This document shows positions 25,901 to 37,780 of a stretch of 64,000 nucleotides of DNA, one piece after another. Origin of the DNA: Phoronis australis (lineage: Eukaryota; Animalia; Phoronida); assembly GCA_002633005.1 (NCBI GenBank), contig NMRA01000129.1, forward strand, positions 434,628-498,627, written 5' to 3'. The position numbers and the translations under genes were made by a program. Every line of letters starts with the position of its first letter. Positions within the stretch are counted from its first letter, which is position 1. The notes under the pieces were generated by a model. That model saw only the letters and a list, made by a program, of their open reading frames with translations, ran no database searches and was not told where the DNA came from.

Positions 25901-27366
25901 TGTATATTTCATGCTGACAGAATATTTTTTGTTTTAGTCTAAAGCCCAACATGGAAATATCCCTGCGGGAAGGTTGCCTTCATCTCCGAGGAAAGATTTG
26001 TCTCCACGGCGAGAGTCCACTAATTTCTCTCTTCTGTCTTCTCCCACAAAATTCAAGCCAACAATGCCCATGTGAGTATAGAACGCTCCGCAAATGTCAT
26101 TGTGTGTGACAAGTGTCTAGTGCACGAGTTACATGTTAAAAATGCCTCTTCATTATGGTGTTTTTCCGTTGCTCCCAACTTGTTTGATTCCATAGCCCAA
26201 CAACTAGTTAGGAAGATCACCCCTGTAGCCAATATCTTACATGACTGATTAACTCCATTCTGGCATTTATGGTTGGAGGGCTGGCTCTCTTTTGTTCGAT
26301 AATTGCTCTAATCTCCGATCAGATCGTATCTAGCCTGACTGGACTTTGCTGCTAAAAATGAAAGTCATAACATATTTGAACATAAACCAATAGCATTTCT
26401 GAATTCCTTGTCAAATGCTGATCATTTTTAGTTTTTGAATCATCAAAATGGCCCAACTACAACAGAAATTAAGACAATCTATTCTGTCCAAACGAATTAC
26501 CAATGCACTCAGGCTGGGTTTGACTGTGTTCATAGGCGTTCGGTAATAGCTTGCAACCACCAAACGTTTCCTTTGAAGCCTGGGAGATAATTGGCCTGCT
26601 TGTTATCATATGGGACAAAGGACTGAACTGGGCAGTTAACAAAAGAGCTAGATATATCGCACGTTCAGAACCCCGTCTGGAAAAGTTGCTGAACGACAGA
26701 ACGCCGTCATGGTAAAACCCCAGGGATTGCTTTGTTCAAGTGCTTAAAATCACCAATTTCATACCTAGAACACCAAAAAACAATCCCTTACGTTTTTGTA
26801 TGGATTCGAAGTATTTTACGCCACCTAGTGGCCATTTTTACCGTTTTCATGATGACGGCTTCGACTACTACGGCACCTCCTTTTCGCAGTTTTATTTTTA
26901 TGAGCCCATAGCTGTATCTCCTAAACCCACTGTAGGATCTTTATTAAATTAAACAATCTTATTTATATGACCTTCAAACAGATGCGACAAGTGCTGTGCC
27001 CTCCAGTGGCAATTTCATTTTTTTCCATTTTCCAGTCTGTTTCCTTTACGGATTTTGATGAAATTCAATAAACAGCTTTCTATTGAAAAATGACACATTC
27101 CTGTTTTTGGTTTTGTGCCATCTACTGGCCATTTATGATACAAGTAAACACCCCAAGAAGCACACCGTTTGTGGTGCATTCGTGGGCGCATTTCAATATT
27201 CCACTTTGCTCTTGTTTAGTTCTCGTAGCACCTCACAAAGGTTGATTTCCCTTTTAAGATCAATTATTGCTTTTCTTTCAGTTTCAACTCCCCCGAGAAG
27301 GATCAAACAAGCCCCGAGAAAGATATTTCCAAAGCCAGTGATGTCACTTATCAGATCCGTATTTAA
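16943..27366 (+). CDS. VASH: Vasohibin (tubulinyl-Tyr carboxypeptidase), ~387 aa; exons 16943(?)-17181, 19812-19912, 20722-20945, 22447-22618, 23320-23445, 24345-24428, 25938-26071, 27282-27366; exon 1 needs a +1 shift near 17049-17054
   Basis: Motifs [59 protein letters not shown] (catalytic Cys), HRHVVL (His), YGALGMSRR (Ser), HDPHS and C-terminal YQIRI*, as in VASH1/2. All junctions are phase-consistent. The start codon is uncertain. Confidence 0.95.
20946..22446 (+). other. Probable minor-spliceosome (U12, GT-AG) intron in vasohibin
   Basis: 5' site GTATCTTT (U12 consensus GTATCCTT). Branch-like TTTTCTTTACC lies ~12 nt from the AG. The junction is fixed by the protein sequence LG(L)YLTNSM. 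Confidence 0.65.
21721..22068. mobile_element. Degenerate foldback/MITE inside vasohibin intron 3
   Basis: TCAGGCTAACCAAACAAC...CCCTGCACTCATAAATAACAGCTTATGCACCCA is mirrored by TGGGTGCGTAAGCTGTGTTTGATGAGTGCAGGG...TGTTTGGCTAGCCTGA. Confidence 0.65.
24240..24303. repeat. 16-bp minisatellite, 4 copies (GGCCAACCCTCATATG)
   Basis: CCCTCATAT recurs at 24246, 24262, 24278 and 24294. Confidence 0.9.
26166..26700 (+). repeat. ~530-bp interspersed repeat, copy 1 (vasohibin intron 7)
   Basis: Colinear high similarity with 40199-40731, e.g. CTCCATTCTGGCATTTATGG, GTCAAATGCTGATCAT, GAAGCCTGGGAGATAATTGGCCTGCTTGTTATCATATGGGACAAA. Confidence 0.85.
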
Positions 27367-27585
27367 ACATCATAATCTCATTTTATACCTGTGATATTGC
27401 TTTCTGTTACTACTTCATTGTGTTGATGTGCCCAGAAATAAATTGCATTTTATTAACTATTAAACAAAACAATGTATTTAATGCTGCACTCCACTCTGTT
27501 TATCAGTCTCCTAACATTTCTTACTGTGATCAGATTCTATTTCTGTTACAAACTTCAAAACCATCAGCGACGCAAGAAAATGTAA

Positions 27586-28156
27586 GGGCTGTTCCAGTAA
27601 AATCTGTATGGGAGGGGGGGGAAGGCACCTTTTTTTCGCACCCACTACCCATATTTTTCATTTATTTCTTCAGCCTACTACCCGTAATTTTTTATAAGTT
27701 TGAAACGCAACCACCCGTAATTTTTTTTGTTCTTGTGGTTGACTGCACAGGCGCTTGAGTTTATCTGTTCCTCCATCACCACTAACGTCATTCATTACTA
27801 AGAAAACATGTTTCTTATATATGGTTATTAGCCGTCGAGAAATTCAAGCACCTGTGGTTAAATGGTGTTATGGGCATGCCGATGAGGAGATCGGAGGGAG
27901 TGAAAAAGTCGGAGCTTTTTGCAAATTGCATTTTTGTTTCAGTTTTTGATTCTGTGAGGATTGTTTATAAAATTTACTAAAATTACCCACCATCAAACAT
28001 TTATGGCCCAATGAAACAACAACGACCTGTAAATTTTCATTTTTTTGAAGTACGACCACCAGCCATTTTGAATTTAAGTCAAACGCAACCACCCATAAAT
28101 TTTCATTTCAGTTGCCTTCCCCCCCCCCTCCCACACAGATTTTGCTGGAACAGCCC
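27586..28156. mobile_element. PIF/Harbinger-like MITE, 571 bp, TAA target-site duplication
   Basis: TAA/GGGCTGTTCCAGTAAAATCTGTATGGGAGGGGGGGGAAGGCA ... TGCCTTCCCCCCCCCTCCCACACAGATTTTGCTGGAACAGCCC/TAA. A related terminus lies at ~49086-49120. Confidence 0.8.
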
Positions 28157-31108
28157 TAACCAGGAAAAGAAATAATTTGTGAATAAAATGTGGTTTTAAA
28201 GTAAACACCACATTCGATACACTTAAGAACAAGGGTGAATATAAAGAAAACCCTAGTAATTCCAAAAATTAAGCAATCATTATAATTTAACAGTGAAATG
28301 AACAAGTAATAAAAACTGTGCCTTGTTTTATTAGGGTAACGATGACATATTACCATACTCATTTACATAAAAGTAGTCTCGCAAACGAGACTTTTGCGAA
28401 ATTGTAATGGTAAGTTATTTTCGGATGGCTTCCAGCTCACCGGAAGACCTGAGGTTGTTTGTAAACTAAGAACTTCATTTGCATATTCACAATTTAATGA
28501 GACAAAGCATCTTTAAGATTTGAGTGTCAGCTCATTTGAGAACAATAGAGCATGGTTATATTTTGCAACCCCAAGGCGCTGTGGTAAAGAATTCAACATT
28601 GACAGCTAAATAGGGTCGAAATGCAGCTTTAAAGTTTTCATTTAATAAAGCACATAAGAACATCCCATGGTAACAATTGCATACAACAATATTCGAAGGT
28701 AACCTTTACCATATTGTTGTCAGATACTTGCTTCGAATGTTTCAAAATGCTCAAAACAAGGCCAAAAAGCATAGTTGGTTCCGGTCTGAAGTAAAATGCA
28801 CACAAAGCCTAAAATAGCGTGGCTGGCCAAATGATGCATGATTACCTGTTAATAATACACTACCTAGCGACCACAAGTGCCACCTGCGTCACAAGCACAG
28901 GCAATCGCAACGCTGCAGTACTGAAACTGGTTTGCACCGCGTAAAAAAGAACGAGCATCACTTTTCCGGTGGATTTTTCTGAAAAACTGAGTAACTCAAC
29001 TGCACCACTGCATAAAACAATTTTCAAAAGAAAAGTACAGACCAGAATCAAGTATGCTGCTTTGGTCCAAAAGTTTTAGAAAATCGTGTGTATGTGCACT
29101 AGAAGAAAAGTTACCAGAGTTATGACTTGGGAGTTGGAGAGCAAAGTCAGATAGAGCTAGGAGCAATACATAGTCCTAAGCTAGAGAAAATATGAGGCTC
29201 TGGGGGTAAAATTCCCCTTTCGACGACATTTCACAACATTCCTTTTGATGTGCACGTACATGTTATTTTGCTAAAACTTTACATAAAAGCAGGAGATGGT
29301 GGTCTTGCCCAGCTACTGACACATTATATTCACCGCTTGTAAAATTATAGAAAGTAAATTGTTAAATAGTTTTCGCAGTGGTGGCTACTCACATTGTGAT
29401 CAATGTCTGTTATTGTCCTCAAGCTGGAGAATAAAGGAATTTCTCTTTAATGACAAAAGGTGTGTAAGTATTGCCTAAATTACATATGTCATTTCATTAG
29501 AATTAAAAATCGCCATTTTCAAAGATGAAATGAGAGTTGGGAAAGACTACTTTGACCACACAAAGATCATCAAAGCAGAGATCATCAACAAATCATTAGC
29601 CACTGCTTGTTATTGGCTGTCCCGTGTTGACATAGTAACGTGAACCACCTGAATACCACATGCCTTGGCTGTCAATTTCTTGTGTACAGCTGTAGAGAAG
29701 TTGCTCAATATTTTGTGCATCTTTCCATTCTGTTACCAGTACTGATGGCTGTAAACTCCTAAGTCCCACACAATACAAAAATAAGTGGAGCAACTTGTGC
29801 ATACATTAGTAGCTGAGTAATTGTAAATGTAAACTTCAAAGTGCCACACAATAAAAAAAGAGGTGGGGCAACCTGTGCATGCATTAACTAGTCGAGTAAT
29901 TGAGTTTGTACATTCTACTCACTGGCCTGCCGTAACACGAATTATATAACCTATGTGACTTAATAACAACTTTTATTGTGAAACCATGGGCCATTTTCAA
30001 CATGTTTTTTAGGATTCACAGAGAAAAATCATTAAAAACCATACCTCACACTTGTGACTTTTTTGATTTTGGATGCTTTTAACACAATCACATATGTATG
30101 GAAAAGTTACGTCGCAGTTCATACAAACTTCATCAACACCTTCTCATTCTTAAATTCTCTTTAAATTCCATAATTTACAGAAATCAGTTTGAAATCATCC
30201 TGTTCTGATCAAAAAATCCTGTGGCCTAGTATTTCACGTTGAATTATAAGCAATAGTGAGAGTTGTGGCTAGCAGAAATAGTTCCTTTAATATATTTATG
30301 TTGACAGAAACCAGTTACCTTGTCCAGATAAGCTGAGCACAGCTTAACTAGTTTATGCCTTTCTAATGCCAATCATGTAATGTACCATTGATAATAAGGT
30401 GCAAGGAACGAATAAATTTTGAGGTTATATGTCCGTGGCTGTTATCACAACATGGCTTTCAATCAACACAATGCCGTGGCACTTTTTGGTCTTCCACAAG
30501 AGAATATTTGGATTCACCCGAAAATGTCATAAGTTTGTGAATGACACCAGGATATGGGTCAAGTCATCAATTTTGAAGATCTTACTTTGACAAAAGGACT
30601 ACATCATTTTCATGTCAAAAATGAAGTTTAAAACAACTACAAACATACTTTTTTCATAAAATAAAGAGTTCATTAACTTAGCTAATTCTCAATTCCTAGT
30701 TTACCTTGCCTCGTGTTTCATGTTCTGGAATAAAGTACAAGCTATAAAAAACAATAATAAAATGCAAGCTAGCTGCACTGCCATACTGTTGAATGACTTT
30801 ATAGTCTCGATAAAATTGTGACAAACCACATTTTGTGAGACAACTTGAAAATAACAGGTGGTTTGGTCCAGTTACTTTCTATAAATGGCACGTTTATCAT
30901 CGTAAAATACAGTTTCTCCATGTTAAGTGATTGTTAGGGCACCATACGACTGTGACCTATATTTATAAAAAGTAGGTCACATTTTGACAAAATCGCTTGC
31001 ATCTCTTGCCATATGGCAAAATAAGTCATAATTCAAAAGCGACACAGGCGCCATTACTCAAAGACACCCATAGGCTTTCCATCCTTCATAGCGTCAACAT
31101 CATAGGTG

Positions 31109-34100
31109 CTAACTGACTTTCAAACAAAACTTAGCGGCAAGCATCAAGTGATCTGAGGAAACAGCATCATTAGGCAATGACCTCACTTGCTTCAAGTCTC
31201 TTGTAGACAATAGGCTGTACTTGGCCAACAAACTTAGGTTCTTATTAGGCAGACAAGTTTTCCCATGCACTTCATTGCCATTGTGAAATAGATAATCCAC
31301 TGTGGAGCTTGCCCTACCGTGGTGAGTAGTGATCTCTGGGACCTTAGAACTGCCCTGCCATTTCCTGTGGGTGTAGACAGACTTCAGGTTCATTCCATGG
31401 CTTATTGTCCCTGAGTCTGTAGCCTGATAGTCTTGAAGCAATTTCTCGTCCATGGAGGCATACCTCCTTTTGATTATATCCAAATACTGACAGTGTTGTG
31501 AAATCCCACAGTTTGGACTGATGAATGACTTATCCAACATTCTTGGCCTGCTTCGTCTAACATGACCTTGCTGGCCAGATATAATCATGGCGTCTACCTC
31601 ATCAAATTCAAAATGGCCCTTTGTAATCATTTTGTACAACAATGAATATGGTTCCATGTTCAGGTCACCACACAACAGCACAGGGCAATACTCAATGCGT
31701 CCACTCTTAAACCCACGGAATGCATGCTTGTCCAACTCTGCCAATAGCAATGCCATCTGCAAGAGTTTAACATCTCCACGTTTGGGGTTAAACAATAAAT
31801 GCGTATTGCCAATGCAGATCTTCTGTTCTCGTTGGCGACCATGAGTTTTTGGTTTCACAACAACAACGAGCCCGACATTATCACGATCTAGAGTTGGGCA
31901 TCCTTCCTTATAATAGTGCACAGGATGAGACGAGACAAGGTGAAACTTATCTCTCCTGACAAAAGTAGCACAGCCATCTATTTTGTCACCAGTTCGTTTT
32001 ACAAACACACCAATGAAACCTGAAAACCAAATTAGGAATCATAGACTACTAGATTTGCAAATACATAACAAGCATTTCCCACTGTCATCCACTGAAATTC
32101 CCATTTTTCAAATCTATTGTTTTATCGGTGAGCCCTGTTGGCTGTACAGTCTAACTACCAGTGGGTTTGAGGAGGCTAATAGAAAAAATGTTGACTTCCC
32201 TTAGTTATCAAAAAAGACTATTGTGCACAATAATTTAAGTCTTTATAATATTGCAGTTAGTGATTTTGGAACTGCTATGCCACATAATAAAAATAGTGAC
32301 TGACAAAGCAATTAAGGAATTTGAAAAGTTAACATTCATACCAAGTTTCTTCATTTCAGGTTTGTAAAATGCTTCAAAATGTTCAGATTGAACTTCTTGT
32401 AAACAAAAAACCTGAAAATAAAGTTAAAATCCATTATTTACATTCTGTTGTGTCTGAAAACAATATATGATATAATTTTCAAAAAAAACATTTCAATAAA
32501 AATCATCACAGCTACAAACAAGATGACATGTGACGGTTTATGGTTTGTAAAATTTCACCAATTTAGAACACAATATGGTAGCACGAGATAGGTAGCACCA
32601 AATCAATGTTTCACCAGTTTTGAGTTTTATTCCATAGCTTAGCATCATGTAAGGCCTTAATGAGTAGTTAAGAATATTCACAACAAAGTTAAAAGCCTTT
32701 GAAAAATGAAAAAACTCAATTATTCTTGCCTGAAATTGCTTAGATTTTGCTGTATATAAATAATTAGGTTTGTATTCTAACTTCAATATCGGTAGTGAAT
32801 TTCAGGATCCCATCAAAATATTAAATTCTTATTTTTACCCAGCAATCATTACAGTCTCAAACTTACATCTGCATGCATAGCTTCCATCTCCTTCAGAAGG
32901 TTCCATTTGCGGAAGTCCCACTCGAGAACCCTCCTGTCACAGTCAGCGTAGAGATGCTGGTTGTCTTCCAGCAGATTCTGAGCCAGCAAATTATACGAGG
33001 CGATTGTGAAGGTACAGACATCTTCACTGTGTCCTTGGTTACTGTACCATCGGCCAAAGTTCGTAAAGTCCCACTTACGACTGAGCAGAGGGTCTGCTGT
33101 AACATTACAACTGCTGTTCATCTAAATATTCATATCAGTTGGGCAATTCAACATTCTAATCTGTCTTCAAAAAGCAGAAAATTGCCATTTTGGCAAAATG
33201 AAGAGGCACTGAAGCTACAAGTTGGAGACAAAAACCAAAATATGACAAGGTGTATTATAGTAAACACATATTGGGTCCTCTGAGGACTTGTGACAAGTTC
33301 AAATGTACCAGGATGTTTCACTGTTTCACTAACTTACCAATACCTCTGGTCAATACTATGAGTATCATTCATGGTATTATTGGTACCAATATCATTACTG
33401 TTAAAGCTATGAATATCAAAACAGTACACATCCTAATGCCACGGCTACCTACTAAAACATGACAATACCAAAAGCAAGACTGCACAAATATTAAGAAGCA
33501 AAATATTCACATACAATTTCTGTCAGCAGCGCTTCTTGTGCATGGCTAAATTTCGATGCATCTTAGTTGCACAATAAAACTAAGTTTATAAAGCAACATG
33601 GACAAACCTCCATGAATACTGGAAGGAAATCAAGCCTCAGACAAGACTGGCCTTTCAGTCTTAAATGCAATATAACCCGGGTTCATTGCTCAGTCACTGT
33701 TTAATCCTGTGGCATGCAGCAAAGTCACAAATAGGCATCGCCATCTTCTATGGAAGACTCAATATTCAATGCTGTTGGTAGCTAAATAGGGTCCATTTTT
33801 TATTATCTGACAGTACAATGAACAGAAAGCTGTCTAGCTGCAAGGAGAGCTTGTGGGATAAGAGTGCCATGCCACTTCATGACAATGCAATGCATTTTCA
33901 ATAGGATAGTAGTGTAACTAGCGCCACCAAGTGAATTGCATCATGGCCACTGTAATTATGGAGTGTTTTCAAGAGTGATTAATATATAGTTGGCAATAAT
34001 GTCGACAATAGATCGAGCTGAATCGAATAATAGTTGGACAATGCTGCCACGGCCAGCGAGTTGGGATTCCAAGATGACATCCTTGAGTATGTTCAAAGTA

Positions 34101-35291
34101 ACTGCAAATCATTTCTTAGAAAAATACTCGATTTACAAGTTAAAACTAAATACAACTCCTACCTCCATTTCCTTGCTGTATATCCCCTGAGATGGTTGCC
34201 ATGGCACTTTCAGTGGCTATAAAACAGTCTAATCTTAGAAATGGCCAAACTCTATAAAACCTCAAAATAACATTTTGGGTTTGGAGGGGGTTATTAGTCC
34301 ACGTAGTGGCTTAAAATTTTGCAAAGGGTGTCATTTACACAAAAAATGCCTTTGAAATTGATAAACAAGGTCAGTGAAAGTAGTTCTTTGTGAACTTGCT
34401 TTTAACCATTAAACTGTCCCAGTTGGCCTGTGTAAGTACACTAGGCTTAACTAAGGGTTTATGTTCCTTGCTGAGAAGATAATTCTTTTATTACCCCCTA
34501 CATGTTTTGAATAGCCAAACTCCCTGAGTGAAAGCATGGGTGCTCAGTCCAATTAATTAAAAATGTCAACAGCCCCAAAAGTCATGGATTATATGATCTC
34601 ACAATTTAACACAGTGATGGTGAGTGCATTAAGTACCTGACGAACTGTATTCTTGTTTATTTACAGAATGGCAAGCTCCACGTTGAGGCGAATCTCTACT
34701 GCGAGCAGCAGCATTTACATTTTCAACAACATCCAGGGGTGATTGGTTCCTCTCACGAGGTGTGCTGGCCCTCGACGTACGAGTTCCACTGCGACCACGT
34801 TCACTGTGCACCCTCGATTGATCGCGGCTAGTATCGGACCTGGCACTACGACTAGAGCTGCCAGCATACTTCATTCTCTTGTCCAACTCCTGATGTCGAC
34901 CAGCATGATGACGATGATTGGTGCTACCAGCACTCATCGAGTCATGACTCATATGTAGCTGTCTACTCCAATACATATCTGGCGTTGGAGTAGAAAATGG
35001 CAAGTACTGATTAACTGAAGCACCAGTACCACTGAATGTGCTGAATTCATTATGTGGTGCAAATGATTGACTGTGGGTTGGGTGCAATAACTGCACTGCA
35101 TTCTGGGGTTCTGTGTAAGGCCAATTGGACTGATGTGAAACTGCATTTGGTGTAGACCTACAGTGTGTTATTCTGTGATAAGCCTCAGATTCACTTTGAA
35201 AACTTGACCTACGTCCACTAGCACCCCTTGGTGGACAATCGCGACGAACGTGCTTATACCAATGTGTCATTCTGATGGACAGTCTAGACAT
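31109..35291 (-). CDS. ANGEL: Protein angel homolog (CCR4/EEP family 2',3'-cyclic phosphatase), ~621 aa; exons 35291-34637, 33096(or 33093)-32867, 32411-32342, 32019-31109; upstream exon 37677-37644
   Basis: Motifs FTIASYNLLAQNLLEDNQHLY, LEWDFRKWNL, FCLQEVQ, KRTGDKIDGCA, LDRDNVGLV, GNTHLLFNPKRGDVKLLQ, LCGDLN, TVDYLF and SSDH are diagnostic of ANGEL. GT-AG junctions are phase-consistent. The acceptor at 33096/33093 is a NAGNAG. Confidence 0.93.
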
Positions 35292-37643
35292 GGCAGATCA
35301 CTGGTTCTGAACTGACACAACATCCACCATCTGGAATATGAGAAAATTTATACATCTCACAATAGTCACAAAGTTGTCCAACAAGCTGGCCCCAGTAGAA
35401 ATGGTGAAGCTAGCCTATGAGCTTCATACGCCGGAAGTTTTTTGGCAAATTATGTCTCACATTGATTAATTATGTCTCACACTCATTAAAACATCAAAGT
35501 CATGATGTTATAACTAGGCTTGTGCTAGACTCTGAAAGGTATTAGCCAAAATAGCAAAAGCATCTGAAAACTTTTAGCCATTTTTTAAAAATTATTAGCC
35601 AAATACTTTCTCTTTTCCCAACCCTGCAATTGTTACATAGACCGAACTTTTAATTTTTCATGTTATGCACAGGTCCTTTTTATAATGTACTATAAGAAAA
35701 GACATTTGCATCAATAAACAAATGATCAACATTCCAAGACCATGTAGCAAAAACATTGTCAATTGTTTTTGCTATATGTTGACCTAAAATAAATCAGGAA
35801 GGGGTTTCCCTATCCCCGGGTTACGGTGGGGGAATGCAGGCCACTAGCCCTGACCAGATAAAATCTGACACAAAATTAGTGTCATTAAAAATACACTCTT
35901 CCTTGAATAAACTAAATAATTTTCAAGAGTCAGAAAATTGGCGTTCTACCATTATTCTGCTGCTAAAATTGTGAAATTTTTAACGTTGGCTTTCAGCGCC
36001 ACGAAATATTGCGTCACCTAATGGCCAGTTTGTTTTTTTTTGCTGATTCGTCAATCAACTGTTGTTCTTTCACTAAGTTGCATACACGTTACAACAAATT
36101 ACAAAAATGGTTTCACTTCATTATAAGTTTTTAGAATTTTAATACCAGCAAACCGAATTTCAGAACAAATTTTGCTGCTGCAAAGCTGTCATCATCTCTC
36201 GAGAGATGTTGCAAACATTTGGAAATGGCACGTGTGCATGTCGTGAGCATACTCCTTTCAAAATGATGACATATTTTTCTTTGTTACAAAAGGCCAAGAA
36301 TTATGCAACAAAATGATGTTTACTAGATTCTTTTTCACTTAAATGGTTGCTACGGGCAAGATGAGTGTCAGTTGATTCACAGATTTTGCATGCACCCCAC
36401 CCGGTCTCTAGCTCTACATGTTGATACAAGTTCCACAGCGAGGTGACGAGCAGAACTACCCTGGCTGTGAGCAATTTTGAGGACTGTCGGAGCTCAACAC
36501 ACAGTGGTAACTAGATGTGTTTTGATGATATTCTTCATATATAGCTGGCTAGCAGGGTGGCCACATGGGCATTTCATTGATGTTAACCTAAAAAGAATTG
36601 GGCAAGGATCCCCCCATCCCCAGGTTACAGCGGGTACGCCGGCCACATAGACATTTTGATGAGCAAGACATTTAGGTCCAAAAACGTTAACTTAATTTGC
36701 GGTAAAAGAGCGATTTCAGGGGGAGTGATGGACATGAAATGGAACATTTGCTTGCTATTTTTAGGACTCAGAAACGAAGTAGAAATGTTGTTTTCGGCGC
36801 AACTTGATTCGAGCTGTCAGTGAGTTGACAAGCGAGTAGGTTTCTTGAGATTAATTTTTATTGTCAAGTTGTAAAAGCATTCGCCAAGTTGGCGATTGGA
36901 CTTAGCTCTAACATCGCCAGTGCCCCTCAGAATTTACCAATGGTAAGCTGGCAAGCGGCTAACGCAAGCCTAGTAAAAAGATCACCTTAGGAACAAATAC
37001 TCCCGTAATCAAACTTCAGTTTTCTTCGAGTGGTCCTTCCTTCAGTTGCCTGCCCAAATCGCCAAGTCAGGCCATTTTCACATCATGCACGCTATAATTT
37101 TTACCACACTGACAAGGAGCTCCAATGGGGGTTCCCTATGGGAGCTCCACCGTCTCTAATGAGGTGAGATAGAGATGGTGGTCACTGTCTAGGTCTATTA
37201 CTTACTACTTACTAGAGCTTTGTGTACGATTTTGGCGTTGCATTATATATTCATGCAGCTAGCTGCATGTTTGAAAACAGAGAAATTTGCACCGCAGCTG
37301 GCATTTAAATTAAGACCACAGCAAAAGTTAGCCAGCAAGCTAGCTGTATGAAGACTGTCGTTAAAATACTATATATTTAGTATACGGCTTTGTACCAACC
37401 AAGGCTAGGAGTAGGACTAGGTCAGGACTAGGTCTAGGAGGATAGGCCAGTTTGTTACCCAGCCATTGTTGAGCACAACACTTACAGCGATCCACAGTTA
37501 GGCAACACGTAGCCCCTCGGTTGGCCTGCGGCATCCAGGGCGATGTAATTGCCTATCCACAGTAATCAAGGTTTTCAATCGTGTTGAGTAGCACAAAAGA
37601 CGGTCTCTGTTTGCACTGCCTATTAGTATTATAGTCCGATTAC

Positions 37644-37780
37644 CTCTCGTCGTCAGTCTCCAAAGGTCGTCCGCCATCTTGTTTCGCGTGCAGCGCTGCC
37701 ACGCGGGACTTAGCGTTCCAATTTGGAACGCTCGTCTGCACGTTAGGTACTAACCTCTCGGGAGAAACACGCGTGGAAGA
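37644..37780 (-). promoter_or_regulatory. ANGEL first exon and CpG-rich promoter
   Basis: AAGATGGCGG (YY1/TISU-like, ATG at 37677) is followed by GAG/GTAATC donor at 37643. Upstream DNA is CpG-rich, with palindrome AGCGTTCCAATTTGGAACGCT and TCTCGGGAGA. Confidence 0.6.
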
